Shown one piece after another: positions 38,814-48,033 of a DNA stretch of 64,000 bases. Where the stretch lies: positions 363,365 to 427,364 of the forward strand of contig JAYNIM010000001.1 of assembly GCA_038109055.1 (NCBI GenBank), given 5' to 3'. The notes below the pieces were generated by a model. The model saw nothing but the letters and a program-made list of their open reading frames with translations, was not told where the DNA came from and made no database searches. The DNA comes from a bacterium (GTDB lineage Bacteria > Margulisbacteria > Marinamargulisbacteria > GCA-2716485 > JAYNIM01). A program made the position numbers and the translations under genes. Numbering within the stretch: the first letter of the stretch is position 1; each line of letters opens with the position of its first letter.

Positions 38814-39677
38814 TTAGGCTTTTTGACCGATATATACAACTGCTAGCATGGTAAATACAAATGCCTGAATAATGCCTGCAAATAATCCAAAGAACGCACT
38901 TAGTCCAATAGGGATAAAGACATGTTGGATAACAGATGACACAATTGCGATAATCATAAATCCACCAAAAATATTTCCAAAAAGACGAAATGAATGTGAA
39001 ATAACACTTGAAAATTCTCCAATAATATTTATCATCATCAGAATATTCACCGGTGCTAATAGCAACCACCAACCATGACAAGGAATGACGTCTCCCCAAT
39101 ATTGTTTTAAGTAGTCTTTGATTCCTCTTTTACTGATAGAATTTACATGGACAATTATAAATACCATCAATGCAAGTGCTAGGTCTGTGTTAATGGATCG
39201 TGTCGGCTCCTTAAAGTTGGGTATGTTAAACAAAAAACTGTACCAGGTTGATACACCCGGCATGAATTTTATTTGTGTGAATCCTTCAAATACAACAGGA
39301 AGGTTTTCTCCTCCTAGTAATTTATGGAATAAGCCTATTAATATCCCTAATAGATTTGCTATGTTAGGCACTATGCCAATCCAATTAGAGAGTAAAATAA
39401 ATAAAAATAATGTTAGTATAAAGGGTAAGAATCGTTTCCCCTCTTTTTTACCTAGTGTGCTTAATGTGATATCACTGATGAATTCATACACTAACTCTGA
39501 TAAACTCTGTAACTTTCCTGGCACTCTTTTAAGGCTGCGCTTGACGCTCATACACATCAAAATCATGAGTGCAATTACAAACCATGTCATCCCAATTGTT
39601 ATCAGATCTAACTGAAAAGAATGTCCAAATAGACTAAATGTTTTCATTGATGTCTGCATTAATAAACCTGATTCCAC
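38814..39677 (-). CDS. atpB: F0F1 ATP synthase subunit a (stand-alone)
   Basis: VPGKLQ...E, F.FIL.SNW.G..P, PT...N...AL, SFRLFGN, IQAFVF.ML...Y. GGAG RBS before the GTG start. Confidence 0.93.
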   Translation of the reverse strand: MESGLLMQTSMKTFSLFGHSFQLDLITIGMTWFVIALMILMCMSVKRSLKRVPGKLQSLSELVYEFISDITLSTLGKKEGKRFLPFILTLFLFILLSNWIGIVPNIANLLGILIGLFHKLLGGENLPVVFEGFTQIKFMPGVSTWYSFLFNIPNFKEPTRSINTDLALALMVFIIVHVNSISKRGIKDYLKQYWGDVIPCHGWWLLLAPVNILMMINIIGEFSSVISHSFRLFGNIFGGFMIIAIVSSVIQHVFIPIGLSAFFGLFAGIIQAFVFTMLAVVYIGQKA

Positions 39678-39793
39678 TTTATTTACTCCATGTTTTTTTT
39701 ATTCTTCATAAGTATAGCGATACTTTTTTTAATTTTAAAGGCTCATTCCTACACTTTTTTAATTTACTTATTTATTATATTTATCCTAATGTA

Positions 39794-41050
39794 TTAGTTC
39801 ACTTGAATTTTTTTAAACCCTGTCCAAGGTTGTAAAGGTTCGGGTACTAAAATAGAGTTATCTTTTTGCTGGTTGTTTTCTATCAGTGCGATCATTGTTC
39901 GTGGAATCCCTAAACAAGAGCCATTTAATGTGTCGCAGAGTGCCTTTTCTTTACCTTCTCTATAGCGAACCTTGGCCCTTCTTGACTGAAAATCTCTGCA
40001 CATACTTATGGAACTAACTTCTAACCACTCTTGGCAGCCTGCTGCCCACACTTCAACATCAATGGTTTTGCTTGCTGCAAAGCCTAAATCTCCTGTGCAG
40101 AGGCTTTTTAATTGATAGGGAAGCTCTAATTCAGTACATATTTTTTTTGCTATATCCACCATTTTATTAAAAATCCCCTCTGCCTGATCTGGCTTACAAA
40201 ACGAAAACATCTCTACTTTATCAAATTGATGTCCCCGTTTCATGCCCCGCCCATCTTTACCTGCTGACGCTTTCTCTCTGCGAAAACAAGCTGTGTGTGC
40301 ACAGTATAATTTGGGTAACGAATCTGCTTCTAGTATTTCGTCTTGATGTAGAGCAGTTAAGGGCACTTCGGCTGTTGGAATCCACCAAAAATCTTCTTCT
40401 ATATCGTGATATAAATTCTCAGCAAATTTAGGTAATTGGCCTGCTGCTAATAGCGCATCTTGATGTACCATATAAGGAAGCGTCACCTCTAGAAAACCAG
40501 CCTCTTGTAGTGTTTTTAATAAATATTGAATTAATGCCCGCTGTAACTGTGCAAATTCACCATACATGACATAAAAACGTGACCCGCTTAATTTCACTCC
40601 ACGTTTAAAATCTAATAATCTGCTTGCTTTATCTATTTCCCAATGTGGTTTTTGTTCTGTTATTTTTTGTTTGTCTGGACTGCTGTATATAATTTTATTT
40701 TCTTTCTCACTTTGGCCTTCATGCACATCCTTTTCTGGAAAATTGGGAATTCTTAGGCTTATTTTTTTAAGTTGTTTTTCTATTTCGTTTTGTATCTCCT
40801 CTAGATGGACGATTTGTTGCTTAATTATTTTTACTCCCTCTTTTTGAGAACCTGCTTCTTGTGGATTTTTTCTAATGGACTGCGTGAGTTGGTTTCGTTT
40901 TACCTGTAGTACCTCAATCTCCTTCTGACCTTTTTTTCGTTTGTTTTCTAAAGCAATCAGATCATCAAGTAGCTCCGTTGATAGCCCTCGTTTCTTAAAC
41001 GCAATCACCGCCTCTTTTCTGTTTCTGATACACTCATTTATGTTAATCAT
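39794..41050 (-). CDS. serS: Serine-tRNA ligase
   Basis: N-terminal coiled coil, GQLPKF, PTAEVP, FRRE, HQFDKVE, D.EVW, EVSS.S.C.DFQ.RR, TLNGS. Confidence 0.97.
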   Translation of the reverse strand: MININECIRNRKEAVIAFKKRGLSTELLDDLIALENKRKKGQKEIEVLQVKRNQLTQSIRKNPQEAGSQKEGVKIIKQQIVHLEEIQNEIEKQLKKISLRIPNFPEKDVHEGQSEKENKIIYSSPDKQKITEQKPHWEIDKASRLLDFKRGVKLSGSRFYVMYGEFAQLQRALIQYLLKTLQEAGFLEVTLPYMVHQDALLAAGQLPKFAENLYHDIEEDFWWIPTAEVPLTALHQDEILEADSLPKLYCAHTACFRREKASAGKDGRGMKRGHQFDKVEMFSFCKPDQAEGIFNKMVDIAKKICTELELPYQLKSLCTGDLGFAASKTIDVEVWAAGCQEWLEVSSISMCRDFQSRRAKVRYREGKEKALCDTLNGSCLGIPRTMIALIENNQQKDNSILVPEPLQPWTGFKKIQVN

Positions 41051-41213
41051 CTCTCCATCATATAAGAGGTATTTTTTGCTGACTAGCTTTTTTAGTTTTT
41101 TTGTTCTTTATTCTCTTTCTTAAACTGACCATTCTATTTGGGGTTTCTTACGCTATTAATGATTGATTTTTTTTCTAAATGCTCTCTTCCTTGCCTGACA
41201 TGTTGACTAGTAA

Positions 41214-41232
41214 ATTGAGACTAAGTATCATT
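41214..41232. promoter_or_regulatory. Fur-box-like 7-1-7 inverted repeat
   Basis: TGAGACT-A-AGTATCA (6/7 palindromic), about 45 nt before the porin ATG; resembles the Fur consensus TGATAAT-n-ATTATCA. Confidence 0.6.
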
Positions 41233-41274
41233 ATCAAAAACTGATCAGAAAAAATTCATTAATAGAGGATAAAA

Positions 41275-42342
41275 ATGCTCAACATATTTAAAACTATTTC
41301 ATCCGTACTATGCCTACTTTTACTGGTATCACCCACATCCACAGCCTCCGCCAAATTAAGTGGCTACTTAGACACTGAGTTTTATGCGGGAAAATCATCT
41401 TCAACATTTAAGGCTCATCGATTTATCCTTCACGCTTCGTCGCAGGTTCATGAACACTTATTTTTTAATAGTGAATTGGAATTTGAATATGGAGCTAATA
41501 CAAATAATGGGGGTGAAATCAAAATTGAACAAGCTTGGCTTGACTATTCGTTTTCTGATGCCTTTATTCAACGTACAGGTATTATTCTCATTCCTTTTGG
41601 TCGTGTCAATATCCTTCATGATTCCGACCTTAGAGATGCAACTATGCGGCCTATCTATGCCAAATATATTGTCCCCACTACCTGGATGGATACAGGCGTT
41701 GGTTTTCGAGGCACCCTTGAAAAAGGTGATTGGCTATTCACCTATGATGCCTATCTAATTAATGGCTTAAATACCTTTAGTTCTGAACAGGGTAAAGGCC
41801 CTAATGAATCTGGTATCCGTAAAAATCGGCCTGGTTTTAAACATGATAATAATCAAAATAAAGCTGTGGCAGCACGTCTGATGGCCAGCCCCTTTTTAGG
41901 CCTAGAATTAGGCACATCTTTGTATCACGGTAACTATGATAATGATGATAAACATAGTCTATCCCTTTATGGTTTCGATGTTTTTTATAAACAAGGTCCT
42001 TTAGAACTTATTTCTGAATTAGCTCAGGTTGATATTGAGGGACAACATGTTGATCAAATGTTCGGTTATTACGTTGAAGGCCGTTATCATTTACCTGCTT
42101 CAGGACTTTCTTTTTTAACTCGTGACTTTGCACATCCAGTATTTACCTTATTTGCGCGCTACTCTGCTGTTGATACAGATACATCCGTTGACAATGAATA
42201 CGATCGTGGTCAAATAACCCTTGGAATTAACTTTCGCCCTGTTGAATCTGTTGTGTACAAATTAGAGTATGAATGGAATACTGAACTAAAAAATGAGACA
42301 GATAATGATCAGTTTGTTGCCTCCCTTGCAGTCGGTTTCTAA
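41275..42342 (+). CDS. Outer-membrane beta-barrel porin (OprO/P-like family associated with iron-uptake loci)
   Basis: Signal peptide, F.SELEFE, IEQAW.DY, G.IL.PFG..N..H, alternating beta-strands, C-terminal Phe. Confidence 0.8.
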   Translation: MLNIFKTISSVLCLLLLVSPTSTASAKLSGYLDTEFYAGKSSSTFKAHRFILHASSQVHEHLFFNSELEFEYGANTNNGGEIKIEQAWLDYSFSDAFIQRTGIILIPFGRVNILHDSDLRDATMRPIYAKYIVPTTWMDTGVGFRGTLEKGDWLFTYDAYLINGLNTFSSEQGKGPNESGIRKNRPGFKHDNNQNKAVAARLMASPFLGLELGTSLYHGNYDNDDKHSLSLYGFDVFYKQGPLELISELAQVDIEGQHVDQMFGYYVEGRYHLPASGLSFLTRDFAHPVFTLFARYSAVDTDTSVDNEYDRGQITLGINFRPVESVVYKLEYEWNTELKNETDNDQFVASLAVGF

Positions 42343-42874
42343 GTCTGTAAGTATCCTATTTTGTTTGGGCTGCCTTCTTATGATGGCAGGTCAGGCAAGT
42401 GCCTATGAAAAAGTCTATTATACTCAAGAACAGGCTTTGGCACAGTGTTTTCCTTCTGCTCGCTCTATTGAAACTATTGATATTTCTATTGATAATGCAC
42501 TCAAACAAACGATTGAACAACGCTTAGGATTTTCTTTTGATAAAAATACAGTGCAGATCTTTAAAGGCTATAGTACTGATGGCTACTTAGGCTCCGCCCT
42601 GATTTTACATGAAAAAGGTAAATACGAACCCATTACTTTTATGGTACATATTTCGCCTGAAAAGCGTGTTTCTAACGTTATTTTGATGATTTATCGCGAG
42701 AAAGTTGGGGCAGAAGTTCGTAAAAAACGTTTTTTGCGCCAATTTTTTGGCAAACACGCCTCTAGCTCTATTGTAGTAGATCAAGATATTGATGGTATTA
42801 GTGGAGCTACTATTTCTAGTTGGGCATTGGCTGCCGGTGTTAAAAAAGCGCTTATTTTAAGTGATGAAATTTAG
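42293..42874 (+). CDS. Periplasmic FMN-binding (flavinylated) protein
   Basis: Signal peptide, GK..PIT, YRE..G.EV, FL.QF.G, flavinylation motif DGISGATISS. Exact start uncertain. Confidence 0.85.
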   Translation: MRQIMISLLPPLQSVSKSVSILFCLGCLLMMAGQASAYEKVYYTQEQALAQCFPSARSIETIDISIDNALKQTIEQRLGFSFDKNTVQIFKGYSTDGYLGSALILHEKGKYEPITFMVHISPEKRVSNVILMIYREKVGAEVRKKRFLRQFFGKHASSSIVVDQDIDGISGATISSWALAAGVKKALILSDEI

Positions 42875-42885
42875 GTTCTGTTGTT

Positions 42886-43530
42886 ATGTTTCGTAAACTT
42901 CATCGATTTTTAGGTATAGCGGCTGCTTTATTTATTTTTTACCTTTGCCTTAGTGGCTTATTACTGAATCATCCCTCTATTTTTACTAATAAGCGTTCCT
43001 CTTCCGATCCATCTATCCTTTCTGTTTTCTCCAGCCCCCTGAATGATGGCTCTTATTGGGTCCAACGTTCAGATGGTTTTTTTATCAGTGACCCACAGTT
43101 TAACACATGGTCGCAACTGCCTCTTTTATATCCAGCAAAGGATATTTTTAGTTTCATTACTACGTCTTCAGGGAAAAGCTATCTTGCGTTTAAACACGGT
43201 CTGATTTTATATTTGAAAAATATCCGCCCGGTAATGTGGGAATTAGTGACTTATCCTCCAGATGATTTTAGTTCTATACGCTCTTTTACCTGTATGAAGG
43301 ACACTTTGGTTCTTAAAACAGAACGTGCGTTATATTTGCTATCTCCAACTCAATCTAAGTGGATTAAAATTGAAGATTATCCCTATACATTTTATTCCTT
43401 TGTTAAGGGCCTGCACACTGGTTATTTTTTTAAACCTATTTTGCTGATCTTTCATGACTTCTCTGCAGTGGCGATGATCGTCCTTATTATTACTGGACTT
43501 TCCTTATATTTTACAAAAAGACCGTTCTAA
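42886..43530 (+). CDS. PepSY-associated TM helix protein (putative heme-binding membrane reductase)
   Basis: RKLHRFLG, SGLLLNH, LHTG and C-terminal TM ITGL. Confidence 0.8.
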   Translation: MFRKLHRFLGIAAALFIFYLCLSGLLLNHPSIFTNKRSSSDPSILSVFSSPLNDGSYWVQRSDGFFISDPQFNTWSQLPLLYPAKDIFSFITTSSGKSYLAFKHGLILYLKNIRPVMWELVTYPPDDFSSIRSFTCMKDTLVLKTERALYLLSPTQSKWIKIEDYPYTFYSFVKGLHTGYFFKPILLIFHDFSAVAMIVLIITGLSLYFTKRPF

Positions 43531-43542
43531 CTATTTTCTTTT

Positions 43543-46233
43543 CTAAAAGATTTTCATTATTTTTATATATATTCCACTTATACCTAAGACGTTGATGCCA
43601 ACAGATTCACCGCTACTTAATTGTAGAGGCGTTTTTTTTCCGCCTACGGTATCAATAATGGCACATCCTCCCTCTATGCAATAATTAGACCAATCAACGC
43701 CCATATAAGCCTTGATCCCCACGCCAGCGCTGCGAATATCTTCTTCTTGTGGTCTTGTCTCAGTGCTATTAACATCTTTGAGACCGAATTTATGGTTGAT
43801 GATCCCTGCAGAAATCCCTCCGCCTATAAACGTATCTACATGCCGGCTAATATCTATATGATAATCCATGGATGCGAATCCCATTATCCCCATTTTTTCA
43901 TAGGTAAAAGGATGTTTTTTGTCGCCTTCAAGAATATGCCCTTTTTGACTGTTCATTAAAATGGCGATTCCCATACGACGTTTTAAATGATGAACACCCC
44001 GTTGATGTCCCAGTGTTAGTAGCATATCTATGTTCTCAAATGCTGATGTTTGAAAGCGGCTCTCTAAGCCAGACTGTATGAGTGTTGTCGACATATCTTC
44101 GTTTGCTTTAAGAAAACCCGCACCGATAAAATAACCTTTTACTTGCCTCAATTTATCTTTTTGGTCAATATCAACCGTCATTTTATTGTCCTGTTGATAT
44201 AAGACCTCTATTTCTTTACTTATACTTTTATCATCGTGACTAATGGTTACCTTATGTGTCCCACAGGCAATATTTTTTAAGGTAATGGGGCTTGTTTCTT
44301 TAATAGGATTTCCATCTAACATGATCGTTGCAGCTATATGTTTGTGGTCTTTGTATACATAAATGGTTAAATCCGCATATTTCTTCTTAAGGTCATCGCT
44401 AATTTGTATGTGTTGATTGGGCTTTACTTCGATATTTTTTTCATTGTTGTAATAATTACCTGGATTCTTTCCTTGTACAGTTAGCTTGTATATGCCTCTA
44501 TCAAGAAAATATTTTTCTAAGGGTGTTTGACCTATTTCTTTCTCATCAATCATGACCTTAGAGCCCTTGGGTTTGCTTGAAACACTCAGAGTACCAAATA
44601 TGGGTTCTAATTGAATATTTTCTATATGCGTTTCTGCATCTCTTAGTAAAATATAACGCGTTTCTGTTTTGTAATGGGGATGCTTTACGGTAATTTTATG
44701 TTTTCTTGATTTTAAATGTTCGATCCTAACCATTTGTTTATTTAGGACTTTTCTGTAATAGCTTCCATTTATGTAAATATCACTGTTTTCTGGATTGACC
44801 TGTAGCATCAGTGTGCCAAAATGTGGCTTTAGTTCGAAGGACTGTACAATTGGCGTATTGTCTTTTACCTCTATATGAATGTCTTTGTTGTAATAGTACT
44901 CTTTTGTAAGTTTTAAGTCATAAGCGTTACTTTTTAGGTTTGCTGTAAAGGGTGTTTCTCCAATGACGTCGCTATTTAGCCATATTTTTGCGCCAGAAGG
45001 AATTGAATTTAACGTGACTTGGGCAAAATTTGGTTTTAACGTTATGTCGCCTAGATTATTAACACCAGACTCTGTGATTTCAAATACAATTTTTTTGTCG
45101 TAATATAAATGTTTCTTAAATGTGAAGTGATGCTTACCTAATGGTATGTTATCTACAAAGGTTTGAGTGCCATAATCTACCCCGTCAATAAACATACTAA
45201 TATCTTGGAGAGTTGACCTATATTTTATCGCCGCATTCTTCGTTACTTTCTTTTCTATTTGTCTTATTTTTTCTAGTTCAATTGTTAAGATTTTTTCTTC
45301 GGTTGCCTTAATTTCAATATCAGCTTCTATACTTACCTCTCCCATTTTTGACACATACCCTTCTTTGTAAGCTTTTACCTTGTGGCTACCTTCGCTTAAT
45401 GCAAAGGTCGACATATGTTGCTCCATTAAGGGATCGCTTTGTTTAACGCCATCTATTTCAATGGTCACCCAGCTGGTATTACTATTGATTTTTAAGCGCC
45501 CTAATTTGCTTTGATTCACCTTACTTTCACTTAATTTAACAATATCTCCATAGCGTATTTTCATATCTAGCTTTCTTTCTAAGATCGTTGCTATTGATTG
45601 GGTTTCTAATACAGTTCCTATTTCTGCTTCGCCTATGGCAAGTAAAACTTGCCCTTTTTTTCTGTAAATAGCGATGACTTGTCCGCTGTTAATGGGGTCT
45701 AAGTGATTGAAGGATACGTTCACTTTACCGTCTTGACTGCTTAAGACAATCCCCTCTATTTTTGCTAGTTTATTGATAGCTGCAACCTCAGCTGCAATGT
45801 GTGTTTTGAGTCTACCTTCTTCTTTAACGCTGATGGTACTCTGGTAAATTTCAACGCCTATTGTGACATCTATTAAGGCAATATTTAAGCTGTACCCCTT
45901 GTCTTTTTGTTCTAAGCGCCCTGTTAAAAGTCGCGTTACCTGTAAACGTTTTCCCAAGTTAACAGCATCATCCAACTCACCTCGTTCAAAGGCTTTTATT
46001 TCAGCGACTTGTAATTTTTTTACGGCGTCATCCTGTTCGTTCGAACTTTTCACATAATAGTACTTCGTATTGATTAAATTGCGTCTAAATTGAGCCGTCA
46101 ATTCTTTTGCTACTCTATTTAACGATGGATGTGATTGAAATGGGTTTACCGCTAGCCACTCTTTTTGTGTTTCTGCCTGCATATGTGTGGCTATACACAG
46201 TAATATGATTATATTTAAGAGAATCTTTTTCAT
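43543..46233 (-). CDS. Multidomain envelope protein: CsgG/FlgT-like domains, about 6 PEGA repeats, C-terminal beta-barrel-like region
   Basis: Signal peptide; AVNLGKRL.V..LLTG, repeated S.P.GA.I..D/N...G.TP, G.H...K..Y; terminal YIKIMKIF. Confidence 0.75.
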   Translation of the reverse strand: MKKILLNIIILLCIATHMQAETQKEWLAVNPFQSHPSLNRVAKELTAQFRRNLINTKYYYVKSSNEQDDAVKKLQVAEIKAFERGELDDAVNLGKRLQVTRLLTGRLEQKDKGYSLNIALIDVTIGVEIYQSTISVKEEGRLKTHIAAEVAAINKLAKIEGIVLSSQDGKVNVSFNHLDPINSGQVIAIYRKKGQVLLAIGEAEIGTVLETQSIATILERKLDMKIRYGDIVKLSESKVNQSKLGRLKINSNTSWVTIEIDGVKQSDPLMEQHMSTFALSEGSHKVKAYKEGYVSKMGEVSIEADIEIKATEEKILTIELEKIRQIEKKVTKNAAIKYRSTLQDISMFIDGVDYGTQTFVDNIPLGKHHFTFKKHLYYDKKIVFEITESGVNNLGDITLKPNFAQVTLNSIPSGAKIWLNSDVIGETPFTANLKSNAYDLKLTKEYYYNKDIHIEVKDNTPIVQSFELKPHFGTLMLQVNPENSDIYINGSYYRKVLNKQMVRIEHLKSRKHKITVKHPHYKTETRYILLRDAETHIENIQLEPIFGTLSVSSKPKGSKVMIDEKEIGQTPLEKYFLDRGIYKLTVQGKNPGNYYNNEKNIEVKPNQHIQISDDLKKKYADLTIYVYKDHKHIAATIMLDGNPIKETSPITLKNIACGTHKVTISHDDKSISKEIEVLYQQDNKMTVDIDQKDKLRQVKGYFIGAGFLKANEDMSTTLIQSGLESRFQTSAFENIDMLLTLGHQRGVHHLKRRMGIAILMNSQKGHILEGDKKHPFTYEKMGIMGFASMDYHIDISRHVDTFIGGGISAGIINHKFGLKDVNSTETRPQEEDIRSAGVGIKAYMGVDWSNYCIEGGCAIIDTVGGKKTPLQLSSGESVGINVLGISGIYIKIMKIF

Positions 46234-47306
46234 TGTTCAGAAAGCTGGCTTAATGTTGTGCTAATTTGAGTGGCTATGGCTTTTGCTAAGATTTTTTCTA
46301 ACTGTTTTGCAGCGAAATCAGCATTTGATGCTAAAACTTCTTTGCTGTTTGGATCTAAGGAAAACACCTTATCTACTTGGGTATTATTAGAAATAAACCC
46401 GTCTATTTTTCCGTCGCAGGTATAGCGAATTAACTCGTCGCTGTATATCCCTGCTGTATGTATTTTTAATGTAACTAATACGTGAAGATATTTTAAATTT
46501 TCTTTTGTATAGGGTCTTACTTGTATTCCTTCCCAAGATAAATACTCTGTAATATTCTCCTTTAGCACTGTCTCTGATAAGCCAATGCTATCTTCTATAT
46601 TGATGGCACATAGCTTAAATATGTTTTCCCATTCATTTTCTTTACCTTTTATTTGACTCTCTAAAGCTGTAACAGTCAGTATCTGTCCGTCAACGTTTGT
46701 TGTTAAACTTTGGTCTAAGTCTGCAACGCTTTGTTTGGCTTTTTGTAGGTTCGACCAAGCTAAAAAAACAAGATTTCTGTCCCACAATTCGTTACTTTTC
46801 GCTAATAAACTGAGGACCGTTTTAAATTTGTCCTTCTGTATTTTTTTGATTCGTTGTACTTCTGACTTTGGAAGCCCTAATAACACATAATGATTATATA
46901 AAATTTCATGTCCATTGTTGTCTAATAGGTGCATCATTACTTCACTGTGGGTGTCTATTTCTTTAATATTTTGTAGGGTTATATCTCCTGACTCCATGAC
47001 AAATTGATCGCTAAAGGTGCGTCCATTTTCGTTTCTTTGTGCGCTGTAACGACTCTTCCCTTTAACCTGAATAAACTCAAAGCACTTTTCCATTGCCATT
47101 TGTTTTGCTAAATGCTCAGCCTCTTCTGGCTTTATACACTCGGTTGCTAAGCCAGTAAAATAGTGATATTTTTGGTCGCTCTCTGGCGTTTTATACACCC
47201 ATTCTGGCTTCTTTTGAATGACACTTTTTTCCCCACCCCCCCCTTGACATGCGCTTAATATCATACAGCAGGCCAGTATTAATACTGTCCCGTGTTTAAT
47301 TTTCAT
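46230..47306 (-). CDS. LPP20-like lipoprotein with C-terminal extension
   Basis: Lipobox LSAC; KPEWV..TP....YFTG, A...A...A, YVL..LPK. Confidence 0.7.
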   Translation of the reverse strand: MKIKHGTVLILACCMILSACQGGGGEKSVIQKKPEWVYKTPESDQKYHYFTGLATECIKPEEAEHLAKQMAMEKCFEFIQVKGKSRYSAQRNENGRTFSDQFVMESGDITLQNIKEIDTHSEVMMHLLDNNGHEILYNHYVLLGLPKSEVQRIKKIQKDKFKTVLSLLAKSNELWDRNLVFLAWSNLQKAKQSVADLDQSLTTNVDGQILTVTALESQIKGKENEWENIFKLCAINIEDSIGLSETVLKENITEYLSWEGIQVRPYTKENLKYLHVLVTLKIHTAGIYSDELIRYTCDGKIDGFISNNTQVDKVFSLDPNSKEVLASNADFAAKQLEKILAKAIATQISTTLSQLSEQ

Positions 47307-47919
47307 TAAATAATTCTTGAAAATCTCCCTCTATATTTTTTAACTGTTCATAGGTTTTTTTATTTTCTTCTTCTTTATGTTTGGCTTGTTGTGCTGCTAG
47401 TGTTGCTTTTGCTGTTTCTTGGATAATATTTTTTGGTACGGCTACTAATGAATATACACGATAATAATAGTTAATACCTGATTGAGTGATTTTTTCTACT
47501 TTTTCCCAGTATACTTCTTTTTCTTTTGCTCCTTGTATAGATGTTTTAGCGACGTTTTGTATCATTTCTTGTTTTAGGGTGTTAGCCGTGTCATTATCTA
47601 AATTATTTTCAATTCTTTTGTACCCAGCATCTACTTTTGAATTAATATAAAATGATACCTTTGATAAGGCGACTTGATAGGCGTCTCTTACTCCCGAAAT
47701 ATTTCTTGCTGTATCATCACCTACAAAATAAAGATTGCTTGCGTCTGGATTTGGTCGTATATATAACCAACCAGGTTTTGCAGCCCGGCTTTGCTCTACT
47801 ACACGTTCTTGACCTATCATGGGCTTTGCGCTTTCTTTTTTACCACAGGCAGTTAAACTCATTGTTATTGCTAGCATTAAAATGCTCACACATATTTTTT
47901 TACTACAACTTTTGTTCAT
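47296..47919 (-). CDS. LPP20-like lipoprotein (paralog of 25470..25988)
   Basis: Lipobox LTAC; KPGW, YFVG, AYQVALSKVS, YWEK, Y.LVAVPK. Confidence 0.7.
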   Translation of the reverse strand: MNKSCSKKICVSILMLAITMSLTACGKKESAKPMIGQERVVEQSRAAKPGWLYIRPNPDASNLYFVGDDTARNISGVRDAYQVALSKVSFYINSKVDAGYKRIENNLDNDTANTLKQEMIQNVAKTSIQGAKEKEVYWEKVEKITQSGINYYYRVYSLVAVPKNIIQETAKATLAAQQAKHKEEENKKTYEQLKNIEGDFQELFNEN

Positions 47920-48033
47920 TAATAATCACCTTTATGCTGAATTTTCTCTTATTATATACTATTACCCCCAAATATTTATAATTTTTGAAATCCATTCCTC
48001 TTTTTTTGATATTTGAGCTTAATTTCAACTATT

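Noticed and set aside
38731..39099. 122-aa minus-strand ORF ending SGRRASNPRPSAWKADALPIELLPR
   Set aside because: Typical translation of antisense tRNA-Gly plus an alternative frame of atpB.
39118..39615. 165-aa + strand ORF and the many other 60-130 aa ORFs nested in or antisense to confident genes
   Set aside because: Fully overlap well-supported CDSs and show no motifs.
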